Shown: one piece after another, positions 1-12,740 of the stretch | How the letters are laid out: each line of letters opens with the position of its first letter | Position numbering within the stretch: position 1 is the first letter of the stretch | Origin: Tubiluchus corallicola | Taxonomy: Eukaryota > Animalia > Priapulida | Direction: 5' to 3' | DNA: 64,000 bases | NCBI GenBank assembly: GCA_030141605.1 | Contig: JAQGDQ010000094.1 | Location: 496,001-560,000, forward strand | Position numbers and translations under genes: made by a program | Notes under the pieces: generated by a model | Databases searched by the model: none | What the model was told of the DNA's origin: nothing | Seen by the model: only the letters and a program-made list of their open reading frames with translations

Positions 1-196
1 AATGCCAGCACTAAAAGTACTATGATGTGGATGAAGTAATACCATGTTTTTTTAGTTAAAGTAAAATACTTGCAGAAATATCTCTTTTGTTCTGTTCGTT
101 ATTGAAATATATCTAATTTGTTTTTTGTGATTCTCACCTAATAAGAGTTTAATCCTGTAAACACAGGAAAGCAATATTAAATTAGAGTCTGAAAAA

Positions 197-266
197 CTGT
201 GCATTTCCACTGGGATGCAAACACAAGACCTGCTTTATAGGCAGCTATGCTAATCATTACACTACA
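197..266 (-). mobile_element. Degenerate tRNA-derived (SINE-head-like) sequence
   Basis: Reverse complement tgtagtgtaatgattagcatagctgcctat...gtttgcatcccagtggaaatgca resembles the A/B-box region of a tRNA-Gly but does not fold as a full cloverleaf. Confidence 0.4.
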
Positions 267-423
267 GTGGTACCCGACTTTTCAGACTGGGAAATTTACT
301 CTACTAGTCACTAGAGGACTAACAGCAGGAATCACAGTCCACACTTGTATTAAAACGTAATATAACATATTGTAACAATATGTAGTTTGAAAATTTTCAC
401 TATCTGCATATTTCCCATCTCAG

Positions 424-609
424 GTATACATCGGCTGCTCAGGATTTAGCTATGCATGCTCGAGGTCTGCTACAAGAAAAATCCAACTGGAAGACGCGGG
501 ATGACAAACCAGCTTCAGGTGATGACATCACAGTGTTTATAGTTCCACTGAGCTTTCACAAAGAACCGGCAAAAACCACCGTACCAACAAGTGCCTCTGT
601 ACTTTCTAA
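424..609 (+). CDS. PPM1H: Exon encoding the C-terminal part of the PP2C catalytic domain of a PPM1H/J/M-type phosphatase (rest of gene lies upstream of the window)
   Basis: Acceptor tttcccatctcag ends at 423. Translation from 425 gives YTSAAQDLAMHARGLLQEKSNWKTRDDKPASGDDITVFIVPL, matching the PPM1H-family C-terminus (YTxAAQDLxxxARG...W...SGDDIxVxxxPL). GTAAGT donor at 610-615; read-through gives TAA at 611-613. Confidence 0.88.
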
Positions 610-1321
610 GTAAGTTGGACTTTATGAGGACTATGGTAGAGCCTTTTTCTTCTTGTGTTTACGTCGTTCATGCACTTTCAGCTTAGGGCTACTTTATTTG
701 AATTTACTGTCAAACAGTCAACTGATAAGACACACATCTGCAAGAACTGAACTGTGTTAATACAGGCTATGCTGTCTTCAGACAAGCTTTATGCCCAGTT
801 GACTTGTGCACAAATAAACATTCTCGTTTTACAATAACTAATTAGAAATGAAGCAGTCAAAAATACGAAACCTAATGCAATGATGTTCTTCATCAATTTC
901 CAAAAACAAATCTAATTTGAGTCTCACATCTCTAGTCTTCAAGATCGATTTGAATCTAAATTTTTAATTCATCTAATTTTCAAAATTTGCTGAATTTGAA
1001 TCTTGTTAGATGTGGAATTTGAATCATAAGAATTTCATATAAATAACAGTTTTAAACAGACTGTTCAAAAGACTGTTGAAAAAATTATGTAAAAATCATT
1101 GACATTACAATTTCTTCTGCAATGATTACTCCTGGATGAGTTACAAAACAGTCTGACATCAATCCAAACTGAACTGTTGTCTTGAAAATTTTCTTCACTC
1201 CTAGTAGTCTTACTACAGCATCACCAGCATTTTTATGACAGTATTTCCTAAAATCGAGCTAATAACTCATTTTTCCTATCTACATCACAAATGTGTTACT
1301 AGAATAGTGGGTTATATATTA

Positions 1322-2292
1322 CAGTAAGTGCTCACTTAAAGACACTAATGCATGCCAGCAAAACACGATGTTAAGGGGAACATCATTATATGAAACAATG
1401 CATTCCATAGAAAACAACGTAAAAGCTTTCAGTTGTGTTCCTCACCCAAAGTTCAATAATGCTTGGTTTAGCAAGAGCGGTCACTAAGTTGCATTGCAGG
1501 ACAAAAAATCAATAATGCTTAGCTATGTAAAGCTTTCATTTGCTTTGCCCAACAAAAATCAATAGTACTTCGGCATAAATCAAACACTTCATGGATTTTA
1601 TCCTTTATTACTGACAATTTTTAACTAAAAGTTAAATTGTTAAAGTTAAAGAGAGAACTGAAGTTTGCAGTGAAAATTCAATCTTTCATGCATGCATCTT
1701 ACTCTGATTGATCCCCTTATGCTATTTGTTCCTCCTTTTTTCATATCATGCATAGTCTCCATGTTTTTTCTGTTAAAGCTTTTTTTCAACACTGTAAGGC
1801 ATTAGCAACACAATGTCTCACTTCTGAGCTTCGCTCTGTTTCTGGATTATTTTCTCAAAAAAATTTCAAATCCAGCACCATACCGTGTTTTAAAAGCTTC
1901 TTGCAGATGTCTAACTCTAGCCATTTTTGTTTTGCACTCCTGAGAAGTATTTCTAGTATAGCTTTTCCAGCAACATAAATGCAAATGAGGTGAAGGTAGC
2001 TATAATTAACCAAGTAATGTAACATCAATCAGCGCTATCAATTAGCGAGTAATCAGCAAGGAGTCAACGATGCCTGCTAGGTAGGGCAAATTGTCGAATT
2101 GTACTAAGGTGGTTTCTGTTAATAGGGCTTCTCTGTGAAATGCGAGTGCAGTAACTAAAATTTCAGTGCTTGAAGGCCAAAAAATTGTCGTTAAGATGAA
2201 ATGTTCGTCGTTGAGTAATAAAAGTTGTCAAAAGGTCAGCTTCGTTAAACAAAAAGTCGCTAGGTGAGGTGTCATCAGGCAAGGACTTACTG
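1322..2292 (-). mobile_element. Non-autonomous pogo/Tigger-like (Tc1-mariner) DNA transposon in the PPM1H intron
   Basis: TA on both flanks and inverted termini CAGTAAGT...ACTTACTG. The minus strand at about 1780-1960 gives a decayed NPETERSSEV..C..A.QC segment like pogo transposase C-termini. A similar right end occurs at about 40790-40903. Confidence 0.6.
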
Positions 2293-2361
2293 TATCTAAT
2301 ATTTGAAATAATTGAGAATCTGCATATTATTTGCAGAATAGTATAGTATGCTATGTTTTAG

Positions 2362-3259
2362 GTCTAGTTCTGGTGTACCAAAGGACTGGATGTCTCCCGT
2401 TATGGCAGCTATTGAAAGTGAGGAGGGTCTGTATGCATCGGGTGACTCAGGGATTGCTGAAAATGATGACTTTAATCCTGCTGAATATCGAGAAAATTTT
2501 CAAAATCGCCTACAGAATGATGATAGTCTTCTTGACTACAGCTTGCGTAAAACATTGGGCGCAACTTCAGAGACTTCCAATAACTCAGAAACGGATATTA
2601 ATGCCCGCACACCAGAAAGTACCGACCTTGGAGTTGCCTCAGATGTTGGCGCAGAAGAAGCATGGCATGATTTCGAGGATGGATTGTCAGAATCAAAGGG
2701 ACCTGACTCATTTGAGATTGCTTTTCGATTACGCAATGCTTCTATGGTGGCTTCACTACAGGAAGATCAAATTACCAAGGACATTTTGTCTTCAGGAACT
2801 GAAACTAGAGGTGCTCTAAATACTAATGAGGAAAAAGGATTTAATTGTGAAACTAGCCAAAAATTAGAGTTTGACATAAGCAATGAAGCCAGTGAGAAGG
2901 CACATTCTGGTGCAAGCCAAGAAGCGTGTGACAAACTAGAATGTGGCATGACTGATGGAGACACGGAGAAATCACAACATGGTGTAAGTGAAAAAACTCC
3001 TTATGATGAAACCAGTAAACAATCAGGCAACGATGTGAGTAAAGAAGCCAGTGAAAAGCTTGATTATGATGTGAACAGGGAAGCCAGTGAAAAGCCTGAT
3101 TGTGATGTAAGCAAAGAAGCCATTGAAGAACCTGTTCATGATGTAAGCAAAAAAGCCAGTGAAAATCCTGATATTGATGTAATCAACAAAGCCAGCAAGA
3201 AAACAAATTTTGAAGAGCTAGAACATAGTGATTCAGATTTGGAAGAAGGTTATGTGTAA
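2362..3259 (+). CDS. Probable terminal coding exon of the PPM1H-like gene: acidic, low-complexity tail with 12-aa repeats
   Basis: Long ORF (2348-3259 in the track). Acceptor ttttag ends at 2361 in phase 2, the same phase as the donor at 609/610 (AA|G = Lys, then SSSGVPKDW...). D/E/S-rich; stop TAA at 3257-3259. Confidence 0.62.
3032..3211 (+). repeat. Five tandem 36-bp coding repeats (DVSKEASEKxDx)
   Basis: Units start at 3032, 3068, 3104, 3140 and 3176 with consensus GATGTAAGCAAAGAAGCCAGTGAAAAGCCTGATnnT. More degenerate units extend back to about 2873. Confidence 0.85.
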
Positions 3260-3855
3260 AGGTTTAGAAGGAATATTAAAAGATTTTAATACTTAAAATG
3301 TAAGCAATTTGGCCTGATTTTCCCCCTAATGCAAAACGAATGCTGCTTGACTTTGTCATCTATAATTACTACGTATAATTATTGATATGTATTTGATGTA
3401 CTGTAGCAGTCATAATCCTCTTTTTCCAAATCCTTATAAATAACCTGTACAAACTTTTGTGTTTCAATAATGACTCAGTTTGCTTTTTTAACTAATTTTT
3501 CTCATTGATGCAGAATCAAAATGTACGTTAATTTATTTTTTCATATGTATATATATATATGTATTCTATATTATATTATATTTTATTATATTATGTTATA
3601 GTATATTATATTATCGTGTTTAGTTTCTTCACTTGTAAAAGTTTTGTCTTAGCAGTGACCCCCACCTGTAATTTAAATTTTTTATTGTAACCTTTTTTCT
3701 GTAAATATTAAAATAATTGCCCTGTCATGTTCTTTTTGAGTGAATTAACATGCTTGCAAGATGTTTCATCGATGTATGCATGCAGCATTGTTAGTTGCAA
3801 CATAATGTCTTGCCATAGTCTGTAACTTTTATGCTTTAGTATGTCTAGTTGTAGT

Positions 3856-4615
3856 CAGGGATGCGAGGATCTATTAATTTCCCAATCCGCAATAAATTTG
3901 GTCCACAAAGATAAAATCTGCAGTCCACTAAAAATCCACATTTTCTTATTAACAGCGATCCGCAAACACTCTATACTAAATTTCTTAAAATCTATGATCC
4001 GTCCTGATCCGTAAGGCTTCCGATCCGCATCCTGCTTACATGTCTATTTTAATTCACTTCCACATAATAATCTGCATGTTCAGCAAACCTTGGTTTAAAT
4101 AAATAAAAATATTTTAAATCAGTGGAAATCGCACCTTGTTGCAGTGTGTCCACTGGGTGGTTCATTTTCATTGATTAATTGCAATTGTAAAAAGGAATAT
4201 TAGAATATTCTTTATCTGATGTTATTGATTTCACATTAGTATTTTTAGAGCAAATAAAAGATTTTACTACTACTGCTGCTGCTGTTGCTACTAATGCTAC
4301 TGCTACTAGTATAGTAGTACATTAGTTTAATGATTAATGAAGCTAATTATTATTTTTATTTCATTGTTATTCAACTTGGTAACTTGTGATGAGTGTCAGT
4401 CTGCTATTTTCTTCCTGCAATGCTCACATTATTATCTAATGTGTATTAACATTAATGAAAATTAAAATCCGCAAAGATCACCAAATTTTTAATCCGCATT
4501 TGGTCCGTATAATTCCTTATCTTTAATAGTAAATCCACAATCCGATCGGATCCTCAAAAAATCTTGCGAATCTTGCTGTCATCCAGTCCGCAAGATCACG
4601 TTCCGCTCATCAGTG
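3856..4615. mobile_element. Possible hAT-type MITE with repeated ATCCGC subterminal motifs
   Basis: Starts CAGGGATG, ends CATCAGTG, with many atccgc/gatccg motifs in both arms. No convincing TSD. Confidence 0.35.
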
Positions 4616-7600
4616 GTTCTTTATTCACTTCTACGAACATAGTGCTAACTGAGAACGGGTTTGTGCATGTCTAGAATTATTATATGCCTGTTTTACCAAT
4701 GATGCTACCACTGATACTTCCATGCTTAAACACACACTTGAGTGTCCTGCCCTATCTCGCCTTCATTTGTAAAGTTCATTTGCAATATACAAGTGCAATG
4801 AATTGTTGTTGTTGCAATAAACACAATTACATATTTTGGTGCTGTCATTAAACAATTTGAAACCTTGTATTCACTTTTATCTCAGACTTTCAGCCTCTCT
4901 GCCTTCTATGTGCCAAACACTTTAATTAATTAGATTTTATTCAAGCTTTATTAAAACAAATGAGGCAATGAGCAGTCAATGGCTTTAAAGCTGAAGTTCA
5001 CCTGCATAAAGCATTTTAATTTACCTTTATTAACAATATTACATATAAGCAGATATATTTAATAGATAACAGTTTTTGAGTTATCAGTCTAATAATCTGT
5101 CTGCATGACTAATAGACCTATACAATATTAGTGCTTTATATTTGTGTGATTGATATTTGTAATTGTTGTTCAGATGAGTAATAATCATTTTAATGATTTT
5201 ATTAGCTGGGAAATTTTCTAACAAATGTTGTGGTCATTTACAGTTGGTATATTCTATTGTAATTGTTCATTTTATTATGATAATTGATATATTATACAAC
5301 AGTCATATTTTTCAAATCCAACCACTCTGCTTACTAAAATAATAATATTGTAAATTTTCAGTTTTTTTAAATATATTTTGGTGTTTTCCTGTATCGTGTT
5401 AATAAGAACATAAAGACAAAAATTAATTACTGCTTCCAATTAACATGGAACATAGAACATTTATTGTCTCCAACGTTTGTCCACTATAACAACAGCGTTT
5501 TCAGTAAGTGTTGCTTAAATATTAGGTAATTGCAATCATGTAGCAGGCAGGGAGGGACCAAAGGGTCATCTAGTCATATTGATAGGTTTGACAAAATTAA
5601 AAATAAATTTATTATTGCTTCAATTACAACCACCTATATAAGTTAACTCGTTGATTAACTAAGTAGCCTAATTACAGTTTTCAAGTTGTAAATCTTTTTG
5701 CAGTTTGCTGACTGATACAAATTAGGATTAAGAATTACTTGAAAGTTTTTCGACATCCTTGCAGCATAAAAAATATTCACTCAGTCCTTAAATAAAGCCT
5801 ACTGTAAGTGTACATAATTATATACACTTAGTCCTTGGTTTTTCAAGTAGTTAGAGTGCCGTAAAAAAGGGCAATATATTTTTTATTTTTATAAAATTAA
5901 TTATTTTGTGATCGTTGCACATGTATTTTAGCCATACAAAATAATCTTTTTGCAGCGGGTAGAGGACACAAGACTACTGTGATTTCCATGAAAAGCAAAA
6001 TACTTTTCGTTTTCTCCAAGAGGTGGCACGACAAGAAAAACTTTGATCATGTTCACTTGTTTCATTAACAGGTAGCCAGTTAGCCACTAGCCAGGTAAGG
6101 AAAGTTCGTAAGCAGTACGGAATCGGTTGCGTTTGTCGAAGATTTCGGAATTTCTGTGTAAGTGTATTGTATTTTCAAGGAATTCAGAATTATAATATTT
6201 GTGACAGATCATTACTAACGACGATCAAATCTCCAAAGAATTGATAATTGTCTGATTTGGGTTACACACCAAATGGTATTTGGGCTAAGTGGTTGGAGAA
6301 AGTTCAGCGTGATCCGGCACTGTCAGAATTTGATAAGTACTGTATGCTAATATCATCTTATTGTTTTTACTTATAATAAGTTATCATAAATTGTATTAAA
6401 TGCTGATAACAATCTGATAATTAGGCTTATGCTGTTTTATTGACTGAAATCCTGCTTAGAATGTGCACATGAGTGTCACTGTGTGATGGATATTTTTTGA
6501 CTACTGCCTCTTCAGTACTTGCTATAAATTTGTTATTTTTGTGCGCCTTCTGCGCTCTTCTCCAAGACTAGTGTATTAAATTTTCGTGGTATTATCTTCA
6601 AGTTTGGGAAAACACTGCTGGATTTAGCTGAAAAGATGCCTTGGGCTATTCAACTAATTGAAGAGGGCCCCACCAGCCGTATTCAACCTCGTTTCCCTGA
6701 CTCTGAAAACAAGTAAAGGTTCAAACAAAAATTAAGCTGAGGGTAATGATAGATGTTTAGTAAAATAACACAATTCACAGTTCTTTCTAACAGAGTTCCT
6801 CCTCAAAAGAGTACAAGATGGTATTGCTAAATGCTGTAGTGAATGCATGAATGCCAAACGAAACACTTTGTTTTGCAAAAACTGAACTTTGCGAATATTT
6901 TAAAGCAGAAATTAGCGGAAATTAAAAAAATGAAATTATAAGTTTACTTTTATATTCTTTGAAGCCCTTGAACTTGCAAATTTTATTCCTGGGAAGTGTT
7001 ACTAAAGATGATAATGACTACGTGACAGTGACAGTGTGACACTTTTAGATTCTATTTTAAGTTTGTCATTATGTGCAGTTTGAAGAAAATTGAGAAATTT
7101 CTTACTTGGTAAACAGTCTTCAGGTGATACGTATCAGCCATAATGATCACCTTCTGATGAGTATTCAAAATATATGTCAGAATGAGAACTACCTACTGTC
7201 AGGTTAAAATATTCAAATTTTTCACATCAGTTAAAATTAACCTTCACTGGTTAACTTGTGGGTGGGGTATTAGAAACAAGAAAGCATCCTTAGATTCCTG
7301 ATTCATAGAAAGTAAAGAAAGGTGATTTCTGAAGGAAGATTCTTTTAGAGGTTGGTACATTATAACAACATGTGTAGGGCAGACTTATGAGAGTGTCAAA
7401 AATATTATACACAGACTTTGAGGCCTTAGCCTTCAGCCAGTCTAGCTTGTAGGTGAATTTACCCCTAGACGAAAACCTCAAACTGCTCGGTTAGCTGAAG
7501 AACTTAGGCCTCGTTTAAATGCAAGAAATAGTTTTATTATGTGTTACTGGATAAAGACTTGAAAGGGGTTATGACATGTGGCGACTTCAGTAATGAATGT

Positions 7601-10600
7601 TATATTAATTATAAAAAAACAGAATCTTGATGTATGAACAGAATTGAAAGATGTTTATGAAATTTTAGCAAGATCTAGAAAGTTTTATTAAATTGTAAGG
7701 GCTTTTTATAGTTATTAAGTAATTTGCAGCTAATAAATTTGTGTCTAACAGTGGTAATTTTTGTTAGGAGTTGGACATACCAATCAGTAAAGCCAGTTTC
7801 TTGAAAAGTAATAGACATACTAACATAGCCACTCGCTTCTAAAACTATATATTATGTGTAAAGCTTCAATAGATATTATCACACCACTTTCAATTTCGGC
7901 TCTCTAAATGTACTTGGAGATAAAATTTTTTATCTCTACCACGCGCTACCAAAATCTCAGCTTTTGCCAAAAAAAAAAACAAACACTGCTGTGCCAAGTA
8001 GATACTGTAACTGTGGCTGAAAAGTTTTTGATTAAATTTCTGATTAAAAAATAGGCACCCAGCTTGTGAAGCAATACGTATGCGTATATATATATATATT
8101 GTAACAAATTTTGTGTATATATACTGCTGTTGCTATTGCCGCTGCTGCCACCACTACTATTAGCATGACAACGTATGTATTACACATACAGTATGTATGC
8201 AATATATCTTTGAGTTGTGAAGATTTCACAAATTTATTTGTTTTCATTTGAAATTAACCAAAGTTCTCAAGAGGTCTTTATTAATTTTATCATTAAGTTT
8301 TTTGGAGAAAACCTGGGATGAAAACATGACAAAAACGATGAATTTAAATAAATTGAAAAAATGACTAATACCTTTCTGCTGGTTGATTGGCATTGTATTA
8401 CTTGCTTCTTATTTTGATCATTCTACTTGGTTTGTTGGTAATCATTTGAGGTCTGTCATATTCTAATAATAATTCTACCATCATACTGTTTAGGATGCTT
8501 TCTTGTGTACTTGATGAAACTGATAAGAATTTCCACAGGTGTTTAACTAGATGATTGATTTACACATAACAACAGCTTTGAGCCAAATTACAAAATTACC
8601 TTGTGAATAGTGGGTTTGGAAACATCTCCATGTCTATTAGGTTTTGCTATTTATGTCAGTTGTAGAATAGCTCTGCGTATCACTGGCTAGCCAAAAGGAC
8701 TGTTGCTTCCTGGGTCGAAATGAAGTATTGCTTGTGAGTACCATTTATGTTAGTAAGAATTTGTTGTCTGAAACAGCATCCACAGCAGTCGCAGATCTAT
8801 TCAATAACCTGCCTCGACATTGCACAATTTGATTGATAAGCACTTAGCAAGTATGAAGTACACACTTTTTGATTGTATTTTTTCTTTTTTGTCTTAAAAT
8901 TGAATGTATTTTAAGTGAGTTCAAACTGGTAATGGTCTAATATACTGTTTGCTCTATAAAAACACATCTATAGCCACAATGTTTACTCATATTGTGTATG
9001 AAAAAACTATATGTGCAAACCCAAAATTATTCACCGAGCTTTCAGTTTTCATTATTCTGCTTAGTGATAGTGAAATTCTAGTGGATTCTCTATATTCCTT
9101 TTAGACTTTCAATTCCCTTATGAGGGATATTAAATGAGGGTGTTAAACCGTAAGATTTGTTTCATAATTTATTGCATGATTAAACAAAGCTTGATTGTTG
9201 TTTTTCTTCATTATTAGCAATAGATAATACAAAACTCGGTTAAGAGTTAATCTGGATTTAGTGCTCAATCGCTCGTAATAAATGTTATATTTATTGTCAG
9301 ATGTGATCAAAAGTTGGTAATATAATTTTCAACTGTAGCTCAGGTTGCTAAGCCTTTCTTACATTTCCTAGTTGTGTAGCTATATAACCTAGTTTCGTTG
9401 TTGTCCGGTCATTGATTTTTTATATACAAGCATCAATAAAACTAACCTAGTCTGATCACTATCGATGTATCAATTATGGCCGTTCATAAATGCTGTAAAG
9501 GGCAATATCCTTTGTGCACGGGAGACATGATTGGGGGGTAATTACGCTCGTAGAAACAGCTGACATGGTGTTAGTGATCCCATAATTACCCGTTTGCATT
9601 CTTCACTGGGTAAAACATTGATAAGTTTAGGTGAACCTTGTTATTTTCGCCTTCCAATCTTAAGCTTGGACAAGCGGCGACATTTTGCAAAAAGTCTAAA
9701 TTTGTTGTGTTAGAAGGCCATCAAAAACAAGAAATTTTGATGATCATATCTATATCTGCGCGTGAGATAGATTTCAGAATTTTGTTGTTTACTTACAAAG
9801 ATTTCAAGTCCTCCTACAGTTACTTGTACAGTAGTTTGCGCTATATTGTGTTCATGTTACCGTTAATTTTGATTAACATTGGTTAAGTACTAAGTACAGA
9901 TTTACCAAAACGCAGATGAGTGTCTCGGGGAGAGAGAAAAGATAGGTAATGAGCATGATAAAGGTGGGAGGGAGAGAGTGGGGACGGGTGATTTTGTAAA
10001 AATGTGCAGTTATTTCGTCGTAGTAGTTCAATGTCTAATTGTTTTAATTAATTAAGGATCTTTCGTGTTTTTCTTCAGACGTTTTTCACATAAAATACAG
10101 TCCTTTATTAATCCTAGTACTAACCTTGTTGTTTCGGGCAGTTTATGTAAAAAATGGACATCTAGCTGGAGGCTTTGTTAATTATTTTCTCTTTTGTCTT
10201 GTTTATTCTGACAGTTAGTTTATAATTATTAGTCGCTTTTAACTGCTCTGTAATTAGTAATGTTGGGGATTGTATTTTAACTCAATATTGTTTACAAGTG
10301 GAGCTGTGTGTCCAATGCAAAACTGATGCGACTCATGTGGTACCTATCTGAGAGTACCACGACTTGCTGGAATTGGAGGTACTTTTGTTGGTTGGGTTGT
10401 TGAAACGTGCATTTCATTGCTTTTTTGGTCTAAGTTTCACGTTTTGCATACATCTGCTAAACTTGTAAGTACCAAAAGTGTGATAGACTTTTTAATAGAG
10501 TAATGTTGGTGACTTTTAATGGTGTATCGAGGTCAAAGGTCATTTGTGAATTTAAAACTGTGGGGTATTAGGCCACCAAAAGTTGAGTAGCTTTAGTGCT

Positions 10601-11784
10601 ACAGAGAAGACAGATTATACTGTATACTTTATGATCTTGAATAGCTTGTTTGAGTTAAGTCAGTTAAATGCCGAATGAACACAAATCAGACTTTTTCATC
10701 CACAGGATCAGCCAAAGCCACAGTACTAGGGTTAGGTCCGCTGTGTGGTGTGATTCAAGACCATCTTGCTTTTGTGCGATATCTATCTATGAAAATACCT
10801 CGGCATTACCTTTCATTTGATGTATTACAAGCTACTATTCAACAGAATGTGTGAGCATTTTGTCTGTTTGGCTCCTCAATTTCACTCCTAGCGATGTTCT
10901 GTGTCAACCAATCTGGTCGCAGCTCATATTATTGAATCCATGGCATGATTGTCATTGAGGCCTTTCATTTGATACATTACGACCTACTGTTTTCCCGCAC
11001 TCAGCCGTTCACTAGATTTCAACCTCCTAGCCACATAACCAAAAATTGTAAGAGGAGACCCAGCCTAAAGAGATTATAGGAAACCCACTGCGTGACCTTT
11101 GACCCAGGTGACTGGTCATATACAGACATAAATCCCCCTGTCTGGCGATTGCGCTCTGAGAGCTTCGTGAGCCTTGCCCTCTATGTTTGCGAGTTATTAA
11201 AAGAAACACAAAGGCCGAAGAGTAAATAAGCAAAAAACGTGGTAGGCCGAAGAGTAGATAAGCAAAAAAACGGGGTAAGTCAACAAATTAAAGTACTTTA
11301 AGTAATGCATGATATCACAAGCTGAAGTGTTTCACCTGAGATTCCTGCAATATCCCTTTCATCATGCCGTCTAACTAATTGCAGCTTTAATTATTAACAT
11401 TGCAATGGGAAACTCATTAATTAGTAATCAAGGTTTGTTAACTGAACAACGCCTAATTGATGTGCAATTGCTAAACAATTGTTGTGTTGCTCACACCTAC
11501 GAGGGTTATTAATTACGTGACAGGCTTTAGGTTGAGAGAGAGGCTATGTATCTAGCCCTGAGAAACCATAATAGATTATTAGCTCAACGTTCGGCGCGAG
11601 GTAGGCTTTTATAGTGGTTATCTTTGATTAATATTTCTGGCTTAGTACTAGCGGTTTACTGTGTTTTCACTTCGCGTTGATTTATTTTCAGTGAATAAAA
11701 TTCCAGACCATCCAGCTGATTAGTTATTGCCGGTTTTAATAATGTTTAAACCTTCTAATGACTACCACATAAATTAAAACTTAA

Positions 11785-12361
11785 AGGAAAGCCAGAACTC
11801 ATCTTAAACTATAGCTCAAAACAATCTACCCTATAATAATAATATTGAAAGGAAACATACTATTTCTTTCAATACTGATTTACGCAAAAGAATTATTACT
11901 ACAGAAACGTAATTTCGCATTCGCGCTGTTAGTTCTTCGTTGTTACTGCTGTTACATGCATTTCGCAATTCGCTAATTACATCGGAAGAGCGCCTCTCAG
12001 TTCAAATGTGTTCAATTTTGACGTAGTGCAGACGTCCGAGAGCTACTGGCAAACTAGAAATTTGAATTTAAAACTTAAAATTTGCTGAGTTTTTGTGTAT
12101 CACGCTGAATGTTGTACAGTAACACTGTACTTCAATTTTCGCTTTCGCAAACAGGTGCACCACGCTCGTGAAATGTTTTTGTGCTGTTGAAAATTATGTT
12201 CAGTTGTGATGTCATCACTAGTTAGGCTCGCTTGTCGTTAATTAGGTTATAGTCTATTATTTAAGTACCAGAAATACTTTGGTAGTGCTATAGGTCTTAA
12301 AATGTGTACTTTTACCGTACCTCAAAATGGGGTAGGATATATAAATTCACACAGTTTTTCT
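11785..12361. mobile_element. TTAA-flanked (Kolobok-like) MITE, copy 1
   Basis: TTAA at 11781-11784 and 12362-12365; termini AGGAAAG...TTTTTCT; collinear similarity to 33977-34558. Confidence 0.65.
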
Positions 12362-12419
12362 TTAAATGTAAACTTTTGTGGACCATTTGTGGTATTGGAC
12401 TCTGGTTTTTTTATTTATC

Positions 12420-12740
12420 TATGCGTTTTCAAATCATGCAGTAATTTTTCTCAAATCGAGTTGTACCGATTTTGAACTCATTGCCTGCATATGTTGATCG
12501 TAACTGCACAAAATATTAAGTTATTTAAAAGCCGCTTATATAAATTTAAATAAATAAAGTTACCTTACATAAATTCCTTGTCCTCAATAGACACATGCTA
12601 GCAGTTAATCTCTTTGTGTCTTTACCACACTCTTGTAAATATTTTATTTGTATGTTTTTCCAACGTGTTTTATATATATTGTTTTTATTATAGACTGTAT
12701 TTTACTATTGGGTGTGAATAAAATAAAATAAATAAATAAG
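12420..12740 (+). mobile_element. CR1-like LINE 3' fragment
   Basis: Translates as NFFSNRVVPILNSLP..AQNIKLFKSRL, followed by a 3' UTR and an (AATAA)n tail. Confidence 0.6.
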
